DNA from: Somniosus microcephalus | Taxonomy: Eukaryota | Assembly: GCA_052327205.1 (NCBI GenBank) | Contig: CM126226.1 | Coordinates: forward strand, 19,282,001 to 19,346,000 | DNA: 64,000 nucleotides | Direction: 5' to 3' | Notes under the pieces: generated by a model | What the model was told of the DNA's origin: nothing | Databases searched by the model: none | What the model saw: the letters and a program-made list of their open reading frames with translations, nothing else | Part shown: positions 25,746 through 38,720 of the stretch, piece by piece | Numbering within the stretch: the stretch's first letter is position 1 | Layout: each line of letters begins with the position of its first letter | Program-made: the position numbers and the translations under genes

Positions 25746-28700
25746 GATAATTGAACATGTCAAGGTTACTATTCCGCTGCTATGAAAAAGCCACAATATT
25801 GAACTTTCATCAAACTCATGCCTGCCCTAGGAGTGATTCTGGCTCAGTTTTTCTTTTCAGTCATCGGTACTCATTATGCAAAGATCTTGATGCCTTATTG
25901 CTGCAGGAAAATAATAAGAATTAGAACTACTGCCATTTTGGGGGATGCAGATTATGTATTTCTTATTTCTTCAGTCCACTAACTGATTTTTATTTAAAAA
26001 TATACGTTATTGCTCTAAATGAGTAACTGCTTCTTGCTTTGTGGTAGGAGGCACTTCATAAAGAGGGGTTGTAAAAAGGGGAAAATGTTTACGGCAGAAG
26101 ATGAACCAGTCTGCATCTAGTGGCTGGCTAAATGAGGTTCTGTGGAGATGCATGGGAGTAAATGACTTGGCTGTGCTCTCTTTTGGGGGAAATCGTGTAT
26201 GATGTAGCAGTCTGGGGCAGGAGAGAAGCGACTTGAAGGATATAAATAAAAAATCAATACTAAACATTTGTCAACTAATGGCGAGTGGCACTAGTGATTG
26301 ACAGGCAGTAAATGTTAGGAGACAGGATGTTGCGTGCAACTAATCAGCACTGGGGGAAATGGAAAGAACACTAGCATTTTGTCAGATGGAATGTTCTGTT
26401 CAGTCATAAAATTCCTAGAACGTTTGGAAAATGCTAATGTTTTTCATGACTTGTTAACAAGTAGCCAATCAAAAAGATTTTAAAGTTCAATTTAAAAGCT
26501 GCAACAGAAACTGCCACAATCTGGTATTAATTTCAGAAAATGCACGCATGGGGTGGGGGCGGGAAATCACAAACAAGTTTCTACATATTCAAAGACTCCA
26601 GTTAGAACATGGTTGATATTAACAGGACTTTAAAAAAAAAAAATGACTAAATGCCTTGTTTGCTTCAAACGCATTGATTTTTATTTTTTCATTCATGGAG
26701 ATAGTTTGTGAATTGGAGATGTGATAAGAAATGTACTTCTAGACGTTCCAACAGTGTTCAAGAAACTAAACATTAACTGCCAAGATCACATCAGGGGAAG
26801 ATTTACTTTCAGTAGCACTCCTCCCATATGGGACTAATTCTCAGAGCAGTTTACATTGAGGAGGGAAAACGGTGGACGATGAGCATGAGAGAAAATTAGC
26901 AAAAGCTTGGGGGGGGGGGGGGGGGGGAGAATGAGTAAAGGCACAGGCCAAGAGAAGAGTAATGAGGAAGACAGGTAGGTGTAGAGAACAGAGGTGCAGT
27001 GACTGAGAGTGGCCACCTATGGTTGATAACCAGGAGTAACCTGGTGTCAGAGGAGCAGATGGCTGGAGATCACTGAGGTACGGTAGGGTAAAGGCATGAA
27101 GGGATACAAAAGTGACAACGAGGATCCTGAAGTAAATTCGCTGGGGCAATGAGAAACAGGGCAGCTTAGTAAGGGTGGGGACTGCAGGTCTTTGTGAAGA
27201 TGAAGAATGCAGGCATTCTAAATGAGTTGCAGTTTGCAGAGGGAGGAGGCTGGGTAAGTAAGAGAGAAGTTGAGCACCTAGGATTTGAAATGCATTAACT
27301 TGGGCTTTGGAGGTGGCGGGAGAGATGCAGACAGACAATATTGAGAGATGAAGAAAGGTTTTTGGTTATGGTACACATGCAAGAGGCGTAAGGAAAATGT
27401 ACTGTTATGAAATCAATGAAAACGTTTTGTAACAGTACTTTTTCCTTCCCCCTCTTGCATCTATACCATACAGCCAGAGATAAGTTACACTGTAAACTAC
27501 CTCCCCAAGTATACTCTGTCTTCATGAAAAGAACTATTGAGTTGCCCATGCAGTGGGGGAGGGGGTGTGTGTGTCTGGAGGATTATTAGTTACGTTTTGA
27601 AAGGGTAGAATGAAAGCTCGGTGTTCAGGGCATCAAATACTCAGCTAGATCCATATGTCAGTTGTTGAATTGCTACTTGGGTATCCTAGGTTCTAAAAGG
27701 CTGGCTTCAATTTAATGTTTATATGTTACTTTAAACTAGTTTATCTTAATTTTATCTAAACATAATGTAAAATATTCCACAAAATATAAAATCAAATCTA
27801 CTTAAAAGTGATTACAAATGAAGACTGCAGCATACATCTGCAGCACGAGTCACGTATTGTGGCTAAACGCAATGAAATGTAGATCAGTTGCACAAGCAGA
27901 GATAAGTAAAACAATATGTTGGGTTCATATATTTTAATACAGTTTAAAGTAATCATCTTATGGCACATTGCATCCTTTTTGTGCAGACATCGCTGACTTA
28001 CATTTTGTGGGGGTACTTTAAAAAAAAATCTTTATTCTAACACTAAATTTAGATCAAATGCAATTATCGTTTAAAAACTCATTGAAACCCAGCCACGATA
28101 AATGTGAACATTTGTGAGTATTATACTATTGCAAGTTTTCCTCAACTGTACCAATACGTTTGATTAATATTTTTAACTCACCACAGCATGCATCTGTAGG
28201 AAAAGGGAAAATGATGCACAAACTTGGTGTTGTCTCCGCCAGACCCCCACCCCAACCAACCCTCCCCCCCCCCACCCACCGCCCCGGTAATTTGACATCA
28301 GGAAAAGTTGACAGGACTGGGAGGTCCTTTGCTGGCCAAACCTCAAACAAAAGGCATCCTTCTCCCCAAAAAAGTTCCAGCCCACATTCCTGTCAGCACC
28401 TGAGCTTAATTGATGGATGGGGAGGAACTTGCCATGTGTGCAGTGAGTGGGAGGGGCATCGACTACACATGCATTAGATATTTAAGATGCTGCGTCTAAG
28501 CTGTTCTCAAGACTGCTTACATTTTTCTGAAAAGGACACTGCAGGAATACTTCAAGTTAACTGCAGCAGGCTTCAACGTTCACTGGATAAAGTGTGCACA
28601 AGAGGAACATTTTTAACAACATTCTTGTAACTATTCTGCACTTTTTAAGAAAAACTTTAAAGCACACCGACAAGGTAGCTGACAGAACACTAGTGCCTCC

Positions 28701-28785
28701 AATAATCTGTTATAAGGTTTTTGCAAAAGTGGCAAGTGTTTCAAACCCAAAGACAGTAGTTTCTTAGATTCATTAATTTCAAAAG

Positions 28786-29167
28786 ATGCCAGTCAAGATT
28801 TTCCTCTGGCTTTTGTCGTTCATTTTTCTGCTTTGCAATTTTCCTTCGGGTTCCAGCCAGGTTCAGAAAGCACCTCGGAGAAGGGGGGCTGCAGGAGGAG
28901 TGAACATTATGAAGCTCATCACCTGCTGTGATGATCTGAAAGAGCTGAAGATCCAGGTGGCCAACCTGACCAGCATTCTTACTGAGCTCAGTAGGAAACA
29001 GGAGACCGACTGGATAAACGTTGTCATGCAGATGATGGAAGTGGAAAACGGCTATCGGCAGATTGAATCTCGCATTACAGAAGCCGAAGGAAAATACTCT
29101 GAAGTGAACAATCGGATAGACATTATTCAGCTTCAGGCAGCCCAAACAGTTACGCAGACATCTGCAG
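28786..29167 (+). CDS. ANGPTL7: Angiopoietin-like 7, coding exon 1 (signal peptide and coiled coil)
   Basis: ATG at 28786 with a hydrophobic signal peptide. CCDDLKELKIQVANL...IDIIQLQAAQTVTQTSA matches recalled human CCEEVKELKAQVANL...IDIMQLQAAQTVTQTSA. Donor GCA G|gtaagg, phase 1. Confidence 0.95.
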
Positions 29168-31126
29168 GTAAGGGCAGACTATTCTGGGAAACAAGGGATG
29201 GGAATGGAGATGTTATTAAATGTATTTATTGCTCATAAGGTTAGGCATAGTATGAATAAACACAGGCAAATATGAGCCTGTAAATTTAAGTTTTAAAAGG
29301 TGATTTGCCATTTTCAGAACTATTAAAAGCTACTCTGCTTGATAAGTTACTTTTATTTCTTTATAGTTAAAATGAAGCAAAAAGTTAAAACTTCACATTA
29401 GTATTTCAGTATTATGATTAAGCAAGTCATAGCAGCTCACATTGATTAAATATGAACAACAACTTTATTTATATAGCGCCTTTAACGTAGTAAAATGTCC
29501 TAATGCGTTTCATGGGAGCGTTATCAAACAAAATTTGACAAATGAAAGTCACATTCCCACTTAATAAAACACAGCTGTATAATGTGGTCTGGGCATTCCC
29601 AATTTTCTTGAGCGAGATCCCATTCAAACTCATAAATAACTTGGAAAGCCTCAATTATGTTGACTACAGTTGAAAAAGAATAAATCAGGCAGCAACATGG
29701 AACAGAAAATCACGATCGCCCTTTCCCAAAAGAATGCAGGCGCCTCTGAACCCACTCACCCCAATTAAGTTTGACAAAGCCTCTAAAATCCATTTGTTGT
29801 TACAGTAATATAAGGCTACAAACCAGTTTTTACTTTTAATTACTGTACGTTATTAACTGATTCCATTTAACTACAGTATGTATTTTTCCTACAAGAGCCT
29901 ACTAAACTGGAGCAGAGTTTAATGTTTTTTTCCCGACTTTTATAATTAGTTAAATGAACCAACAATAAATTAACTTTCATAGGTTAGTGTATAAAACAAA
30001 ATCAACTAGTTCCTTAGAACACTTTGTTTATGACAGCACAATATATTTAACTGTACCAGTACATGAAGTGGAACTACTCAAGGTAACTGTAGAACTGATA
30101 CAGTAGGTTGATTTAAGTTGATTTTGCCTCTGAGCGCCATTAATTATGTTCAAACTACATTCTGATTCAGCACAAAAACACCTGCACCAATCTGAACAGA
30201 CTGCAACACATCAGAATTCCTCAAAAAATTCTCTCCACACAATGTACTTAAATGTTGCAGTAATCATTTTTATTTCTAAACTACAAGATCTTTCTGACCA
30301 ACTACAATAGTCATGCTACAAGATAGAAGAAAATACCGGCAGTTTAGTTTGTGTTCCCTTTCTTTTAGAAGGTAGAACTGCATTGTTGCAGCAGAAACAA
30401 TCCCCTCACATGAAATTGTACTTAAAAAAAAAACTATGCCATTTCCATCATATTTTAATGTAGTGACTGAATTTATTTGCAATCTAGATTTAAAACTAGA
30501 CTGCAAGCCTTGGTACTCTTGAAAGGGGGAGAGGGGAAGAGATAATGCTGGGATTATAGAATGCGTTAAACAATATAAATATTGTAATTTGTGAACCAGG
30601 ATTGTACTGCAGGTAATGGTCGGGATCTCTCTTTTCTGTTCACTCACTAGGGGTGTACCAAAGCAGAATATACTCTAAAGCTTTTAGCTTTGACGGATTA
30701 TTGAGAAACTACAAACTATTGTGAATTTGAAAACTATCTAGTAGCAGAGGTGCTCTCTCTACCTCCGGTCTCAAAGTACAAATCCGTACCTACCAGCTCC
30801 TGCCCTCTATAGCTCCAGATTTAACAGATTACTTGCAGCTCACACTTGCATCCTGTAGCTGGAGCCCACGGACAGAACACACACAAATTCCATTCAAAGC
30901 CCTGAGTCTGTGTTTCACCTGATTCTATCAGACACCTAATCAAATCAGACAAGAAACGTCAGCAGTCTTAAATTCTCACCTGCTGGTGAAGCAGACCACA
31001 CGGCATACCTTAGTAACTCAGTCATAATCTGAAAACAATTCACGAGAGGCTCCCATTTTGCACTTTACCTAAACTCAACAGCAGTCAGAAAGTGTCTGGA
31101 AATCAGAGTGAGGTGCTCTTAGTATT

Positions 31127-31281
31127 TGAAACAACAACAGAAAATGCTGGAAACACTCAGCAGGTCAGGCAGCATCGTGGAGAGAGAGAAACAGAGTTAA
31201 CGTTTCAGGTCGATGACCTGCTGAGTGTTTCCAGCATTTTCTGTTGTTGTTTCAGAATTCCTGCATCCGCAGTATTTTGCT
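31127..31281. mobile_element. Fold-back remnant of Penelope termini with a perfect 41-bp inverted repeat
   Basis: 31127-31167 is the exact reverse complement of 31214-31254. The sequence matches the Penelope tails at ~20200-20260 and ~50370-50440. Confidence 0.85.
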
Positions 31282-34200
31282 AATGCTCTTAGTATTTATT
31301 GGATTTTTGATCCGGTTTTGGGAAGGCAAATCCAGTGCACTGCTCTCCCCCTTTTACATTCAACACTGGGAGTTTCTGTCGATATGCTGGGCTCTGCTGT
31401 TAAATATGGAGACCCAGAATGCAAGAATGGTGCCCATGCATTTAGTACACTGAAACTGGTGTCCTTACCCCAACAGCACATTCATAGATCCACATTTTCA
31501 TGAATCTACAATGCTAAGTTCCAGGTTGTTTACACTGTGGAGTGCTGCCATGGATGAAGACCCAGTCATCTGCAGTGACTCCAATACAGTAGTACACAAG
31601 TGGCAGCTTGGGTCAATGGTAGTACTCTTGCCTCAGTCAGAAAGCTGTAGATCCAAACCCAACTCCAAGGCTAGGCTGACATCAGTGCAGTACTGAGCGA
31701 CTGCTGCATTGTCAGGGGTGTCACCTTTCAAGTGAGATGTTAAAGCGAGGTCCCGTCTGCCAGTTCAGGCGGATGCAAAACATCACATGGCACTTTTTCC
31801 AAAGTTTGTCCAGTGTCCTGGCCAACATTGCTTCTTCAACCAATATCACCAAAATGGATTAAATGGTCATTCTTTGCATGTGTTTTTTTTTCGTTTATGG
31901 GATGTGGACGCCGCTGGCAAGGCCAGCATTTATTGCCCATCCCTAATTGTCCTTGAAAAGGTGCTGGTGGTACCTTGCTGTACGCAGATTGGCTGCTGCG
32001 TTTCCCTAAATAACAGTGACTGAACTTCAAAGTAACTAAGAAAAGTAACAAAATCAAATCCATTCTTAAAATCATTTCACCAATCGAATACACAATCCTA
32101 TTTTGTCGAAGTTACTTATCCACTTGGTTAAGTTTGCTTAAGTTTTTTTTTAAGTGACATAAATAATTGGATAAGACAATATTGCTCTACACCCGTGTCA
32201 TTTTTAACCAGCACCCCTCTGCCATCAAAATGTATTGAAAACAGACATCTATCTTGGATTTTTTTCTGGTTGCTCTGATATTTAAAGAAGTGAGATATCA
32301 CCATTAGACCACAGTATGCTACACTGAGCAGAATCTGGCTGAAATTTGGAAATCAGTTTGCCAGTTTCGTAAATATACAATATCTCTTGCCCGAAGTAAA
32401 GATGCCCCAAGGGAGGTAAGTAAACCTACTAGGCATTATGTTATACCAAGGAAATGAAGTGTTAAATAGCTATTCCAGTTCTTGTAAACCTATCCGTCAG
32501 AAGTGACCTTTTAACATCCGAGACATTCAAGTATTCCAGCGGCATCAGGGTGAAGCACTAATGCTGACTTTAAACAGTTGACAGGTCACACAGTGAGTTA
32601 TAATGTAATGGTGTAGAGATATGTTTAACAGACCAAGAATGCTACTAGATTTTAAAAAGGTGAAGGCATTTAAAATAGTGTAACCATTTTCATTTATACA
32701 TGAAATTCTACAAATTGTAACATCCCATCTGATGGACCGCACTCTGGGGCTGTGGATGGCAGAAGCCTGCAGTTACAAAATAATGCCATTAATTAAAGTT
32801 TGATAAAAGAAAACTATTTGGCTGAAGACAGGGTCAGGCTCAGCGGTGATACGCTCTGTGATTGAAGAGCCTGCCAACAGACCTTACCGTCTCGGCTCAC
32901 TCATGAAGAATGGTCACTTGGTTGAGGCGGGGAAGGGTGCCCATCATCTGTGGATTCATAATCAGCAGGAGTCTACGGCTTTAGCAGAAGATGAGAAAAA
33001 CAGGAGGCAAGAAAAAATGCACTAAAAGACAATTATTTAAGGATAGGAAGAGCTGATTTACGGCATTGTCAGGTCACTCTCATAATGACCAAGGCACACT
33101 AACTTTTAGAGGCAGCAGGATTCTGAATTGCTGTCACACAGTTTCAGTATTCAAGGTAGGTTTACATGAAAACAAATACATCGCCTGGTCAATATGCACA
33201 TGAATAAAAAGTGTTGTATGTTATTTGATTCACACATTTCGAACTCTACTTATAATTATAAAGGAAATTATTTATGCAGATGCCACACTGAAGAAAATGT
33301 GGATATTTGGAAAGGCAGAAAGACCCATCTATCCACAAGAGCTATACACCGTTTTCATTAAGATGCAATCAAGTTGTCTAAATGCATCACTGCAACAGTT
33401 GCTAAACTATATGACTCCAGACTGACTATATTATCTAATAATCCATGCAGGCTGCCCCTACAAAAGTCCAACTGCCGGATTACACTTATCAAGTTCTCAG
33501 AGGATCTTTCATTACCTTACATTGAAAACGCTAAAACTTTTTTAAAAAACAAGCAAACTAGACCTTTATTTTCCAAGATAAAACCCAAGACATTTACAAA
33601 GACGGCATAAAATGTAGAGTACAAATTCCACACCCTCACTGAAATACATCAGAGTCAAATTAGAACCGATTCTGCATTTTCTGGGGACCATAGGAATGTG
33701 TGCAGAGTACTGTATACCATAGAGTTACTGAGCAGGCAGAAGAACGTCAGTTATATACACACATGGAGCACAATTTAGTTGCCACCTAACTATCACCATC
33801 TCCTAGAAGACAGTCACTTCAGCTCCTTTTAACCTACATATATCATGAAAATATAAGCGGCTGCTTGAAGTTAAAGCAAAAAGGGCAGATTTTGATTATG
33901 CTGCGATCGGTGCAAATCAAAATCCATCTCCGTGGCACTGACAACAGAAACCAATACATCAATGGGATAAAAATACAATTATCTCCAATGCTTTGCCACA
34001 CTCAGTCAAGCTGAAAATCCCTCCTAAAAAGTTTCAATGACTTGAAATGATTTTTAATTTTCTTTGCTGAAGGCACTGTCCTTTACTAGGATATGGCTCC
34101 ACTTTCAGTGGTAAACCTTCAGTACCTTGCCCAAGCATCCATACTTCATGCGAGAGCCCTGACAATTAATATCGGTAGCTTAGTTGACCATGGAAGGCAT

Positions 34201-34933
34201 CACAATTGAGCCTGGTCCTGTCCTCAACCAGCATCCCCCCATGGAAGCTTTGCCAGCAGGATAGTGATCAGAAGCTGGAAATTTAATTGATGTTTGTCCT
34301 CCCTAGCCCAGGAGTCCTGGTGTCAACTGTAGCACACCAATTGGTGCCGCAGTTCAAATCAGTTAACTCAGCACAGGCAGTAATCGTAAAAAAAAACCTA
34401 GTTTGTTATAAATAGTATTACGTACCTTTAGGACCAAAATCAGGTTATTATTTTGGAAATTCAAACATTTAAAAGCCTACCTTGCTGCATTTTTTCTCTT
34501 TCTGGGATATTAACAGATGTTCAACCTTTCTTTTGGCTTAACTGGGCCTGTATATATGGAACAAATTGCCACTTGCATCAACAAATTCAAGAGCGAACTA
34601 GATGGATATTTTCCCAAGAAATGGATCAAGGGGTGTGAGAGACAGAGTAGTGTGTAATACTTTTTAAGCTTTGGGACTCAAGATGGTCCACAAATGTTTT
34701 TGGCGCATCCTGTACATTCTGACGAAAGGGGAAGGGGAGGAGGGTTAAACAAGAAAAAGTAAAAACAAAGCTTAGACTAGGATAAATGGGCAGCTTAATT
34801 CAGAAAGGTCGAAACAAAACACAAGTCTGCAATTTCAGGTTAACAATGCTAACTTACTGGGTAGAGAATTTAGATGGGAACAATATGATGCAACAGTCTA
34901 AACAGAATATTTCAAAGTGACTAGTATATATGG

Positions 34934-36043
34934 TGCATTTGCTAAGATTCATGAATTCCCACAGCTAATAAATCAATTAGAAAGATAAAAAAAACACCAT
35001 GATAATTCTTAACTCGCTTCAATGTTTTCTTACTGGTGTGGAGTATGGTAGCTATTTAGTCTGGTTTCATAGACAGTGGATGAGAAGAGAATGAATGAAA
35101 GTTTCCTGCTTGAGTGAGTACCTTGCATGAATATAGATTTTGATCACTGTTCTAACTTGGAAAAGGACCTCACAAAAATTGATTAAAAAAAAAAAAGATA
35201 TTAGTAAAAGACACTCTTCATTGTTGCTCATATGCAGCTGCAGTGCGGTAATGGTTTGATTTAATACTCTGGCATTCTGGAGCAGTAATGCAGTCTTCAA
35301 TCTTTTGTTTGCAGATGCTACGTACGACTGTACATCGCTGTACCAGAAGAATTATCGAATATCTGGTGTGTACAAGCTACCTGCAGATGATTTCCTGGGA
35401 ACTCCAGAACTAGAGGTGATGCTTTTTAAAATAAACTTCCTTTATTTTTATTCATATTATCTTTTGGATTTACTTCAGCGGAGTTTCAAACTGGTGGACT
35501 GCACATACAGAGCCATTTGTTGAACACTGTCGTTGTGATGACCGCAATACACAGGACACTCGTTACTTATCATTTGTGAATTTTTTTACTCCATTGTGAG
35601 AATTGTTCAGTGAATACTAAAATATCGCCTCATTCTTCATTTTACTGTGATCTTTTCAAACAGTGAATTTGGCCTAGGATTTTACTGGAGTATGGAATAT
35701 ACCTTCCTATTGCTGAAGAATCCCCAAGTTTTAAATTCAACCATTACTGCAGCTGCATATGAGCAACAACGAAGAGAGTGGCCTGTTCTTTAGTAATTCA
35801 TATTTTTTCCACTTTGTGAGGTCCTTTTCCAAGTTAGAACAGAGCCTGTATCAGTGATCAAAATCTATGCCAAGCAGGAAACTTTCATTCATTCTTTTCT
35901 CTGCCACTGTCTGTGAAACCAGACCAAATAGCTACTGTACTCTGCACCAGGGAGAAAGCATTGAAGCGAGTTAAGAATGACCATGATGGTTATTAAACCT
36001 TTCTAATTGATTTATAACTGTAGGAATCCATGAAATGAATGCA
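34934..36043. repeat. Long imperfect inverted repeat (arms ~34934-35287 and ~35709-36043) enclosing ANGPTL7 exon 2
   Basis: 34998-35112 aligns without gaps to the reverse complement of 35871-35985 at 101/115 identity. Further matching blocks (tgttctaacttggaaaaggacctcacaaa; ttgttgctcatatgcagctgcagt; aaatcaattagaaag) extend both arms. Confidence 0.92.
35315..35415 (+). CDS. ANGPTL7: Angiopoietin-like 7, exon 2 (start of fibrinogen-related domain)
   Basis: ttttgtttgcag|AT GCT ... CTA GAG|gtgatg; (D)ATYDCTSLYQKNYRISGVYKLPADDFLGTPELE; 101 nt. Confidence 0.96.
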
Positions 36044-36593
36044 TTTTTAATGAACGAAAAATAAAAAATGCTGGAAATATACAGTCAGAATCTGTAAAGA
36101 GACCAGACAAGTTAACGTTTGAGGTTAAGGTTACACTTGAAACATTTCCTTGTCGACTTTCTCTACAATTGCTGACAGACTTGCCGAGTTTCTCCAGCAT
36201 TTTGTGTTTTTGTTTCTATTTTCTAGCATTTACAGTTGTTTTCAATTTAAATTTTTGATGAAAATGTGTTCTGATGGAGCTAAAGAATTAATTGAGAAAT
36301 GGAGGGTGAAAACGGTTAAATAACACAAGCTACTTTATTCCTCAACTTCCAAGATACAATTGTAGTACATGTGTATGCAATAGGATTTACCCAACAGAAA
36401 ATTCAAATCAAAATTCTCCATGCTAGATCAAAATGATTTGAGGCTGCAAGTACACTGGCCCTAACTTAGACTAGTAAATGAGGCTTTGAATCTGCTCAGT
36501 TTCTCATTATAATCGAATGAAAGTCCAACTAAATATTTCAGTGTTCAATAATATTCTCCATGTCTAATTAAATAATCATTTGCACTGCCTTAG

Positions 36594-36788
36594 GTGTACT
36601 GCGACATGAAAACTGGAGGTGGTGGCTGGACTGTTATACAACGTCGCAAAGCTGGCCTAACCTCTTTCAATCGTGACTGGAAACAGTACAAGCGAGGGTT
36701 TGGCAACATCCGTGGAGACTTCTGGTTGGGAAATGAACACATTTTTCGATTAACTAGGCAGCCAAGTATACTCAGGATAGACATGGAG
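36594..36788 (+). CDS. ANGPTL7: Angiopoietin-like 7, exon 3
   Basis: ccttag|GTG TAC TGC ... ATG GAG|gtaact; VYCDMKTGGGGWTVIQRR...FWLGNEHIFRLTRQPSILRIDME carries fibrinogen C-terminal domain motifs; 195 nt. Confidence 0.97.
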
Positions 36789-37025
36789 GTAACTCATTAG
36801 AATTTTCATTTATATATTTTTCCAAAATTATGACTAATTAATTTTATTGCAGATGAAATATTCAATAGACAGAATTGGAAACAGTAGGAAGTTTAATATT
36901 TAAATTTCTGCCATAAAAAGATTTAGCGGTGCGCAATAAATGTGAATTAACATTCTACAGCATGCTCGTACCAATTTATATTGGTGTAAGTAAACTGTTT
37001 AATGACTTGACCTATATAACTACAG

Positions 37026-37224
37026 GACTGGGAAGGACGTACTTGTTATGCAGAATACAACTACTTTTCGATAAGCAATGAATTGAATAGCTACAGATTA
37101 ATAATTGGAAATTACAACGGGACAGCTGGACGGGACTCACTCAGGTACCACAACAACACTGCCTTCAGCACAAAGGACAAAGACAACGACAAGTGTGTGG
37201 ACGACTGCGTACAATTCCGCAAAG
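37026..37224 (+). CDS. ANGPTL7: Angiopoietin-like 7, exon 4
   Basis: ctacag|GAC TGG GAA ... CGC AAA G|gtaagt; DWEGRTCYAEY...YHNNTAFSTKDKDNDKCVDDCVQFRK; 199 nt. Confidence 0.97.
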
Positions 37225-37719
37225 GTAAGTGCCGATCAGTAAATAAAAGAAAACAAGATGTTTTCAGGCACTGGATGGGTCATGGCATTTTCAGCTAGCA
37301 TTCATTTTTTGTAATGCTGTACTAATGTCCTATTAAAGTTACAGAAGGCAAACAAGAAGTTTCCACAAAGTCTGCAGGCAATTCAATACACTGGGAAAAT
37401 GTGACCAAGAATAATACAGCCTTCCAATACCAATATTTAATAAGAATTGTGACAATATACTGCAGAATTTAGCTATATTTGATAGGTTCTATGAATACAT
37501 TACAAAGAAAAAATTATGTTACATAAAAATGCACAGGACTGGACACAATCACTGTGAAGCACCTGGCTGGTCCCAAAGTTTAAAAATACCATACCCCTCT
37601 CTCTCACTTTCTCTCTTGAATTTACCAGCACTATCCACCTCTACTGCCTCTCCAATCTTTAACTCCCAAGAAAGGGTATTCACAATATATTCAATAACTC
37701 ACTGTCCTTTTGACTGCAG

Positions 37720-37889
37720 GTGGCTACTGGTACAACTGCTGCACAGATTCCAATCTGAATGGAGTTTATTATCGTCAAGGGCAGCACGCCCAAAACTCTG
37801 ATGGCATCACATGGTACGGCTGGCATGGTTCAAGTTACTCGCTGAAACAAGTCGAAATGAAGATTCGTCCACAAAGCTTCAGGCCTTGA
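37720..37889 (+). CDS. ANGPTL7: Angiopoietin-like 7, exon 5 (terminal, includes stop)
   Basis: tgactgcag|GT GGC TAC TGG; (G)GYWYNCCTDSNLNGVYY...DGITWYGWHGSSYSLKQVEMKIRPQSFRP*, TGA at 37887-37889. The five exons sum to 1047 nt (348 aa plus stop) with no frameshift. Confidence 0.97.
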
Positions 37890-38686
37890 GCACTACACAA
37901 TTTGTGACTTCATAAATGAGAAACCTAACAGTTATTATTGCATTTTCTTACAACAGCATTGTGGACTGAAGGACTTTTCTAAGCAAAACTGAGAGAAGCC
38001 TCCCAGACATGTCTTTCTTCTCCATTCCTCCCTCTGCTACTCACTCACACACAATTACATGCCCGAAGACAAATGATGTTAAACATTGCAAAATTAAGTG
38101 AAAAGTACTAATCCCCATAACAGGTCTTTAAAATGTACATATAAAGAAATTAATAAGTACATGTTTTTTAAAATTGTACTGCAAAAATGTCACTGTGGTC
38201 TTCAATGGAATTAAATGTGAAAATTAATTTCACAATCTGGAAAAAAACAGCAGCTTTAAGAATTAGAGAGCATGCTACTCCAAAGAGATTTGAGAAAACT
38301 TCAAAATTATTTTAGTACTTTGCCCATAATACATACCAACATAAAGTGCAACAATATGTCCCTGCCTCTCCCCCGACTCCAAAGCATATGCATACATGTC
38401 AACCATCAGCTTTTTAAGTCATGCATCAGCGTTTAATAAGAAAAATATTTTTAAACTAGAACTGTAGATCTTTAATATCATCAATCAGATCATTTGGACA
38501 GCGAGACTGGAGTGACGGGACTAGACGGGACGTTTAACATGTTAAAAGAGCTTTCTAAATGCAAGTGGTTATTGTTGTTTGGTGGCATGGTTTGTTGCAC
38601 CAAGCTTGTGGCAGAGAGCTGTTGTGTTCCGAGAGTCCCAGTTACAGGTGTGTTTATTTAGTGTTTTCCCTAAAGAAGTTACATAA

Positions 38687-38720
38687 AATAAAATGCAGTT
38701 TCTAAAAATGTTTTATTTTC
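38687..38720 (+). terminator. Candidate ANGPTL7 polyadenylation signal
   Basis: AATAAA at 38687-38692, ~800 nt after the stop, followed ~17 nt later by a U/GU-rich tract (tgttttatttt). Alternative AATAAA hexamers occur near 39738 and 40382. Confidence 0.45.

Noticed and set aside
28741-29145. 134-aa minus-strand ORF
   Set aside because: Antisense shadow of ANGPTL7 exon 1 with no resemblance to mTOR or any family I recognise.
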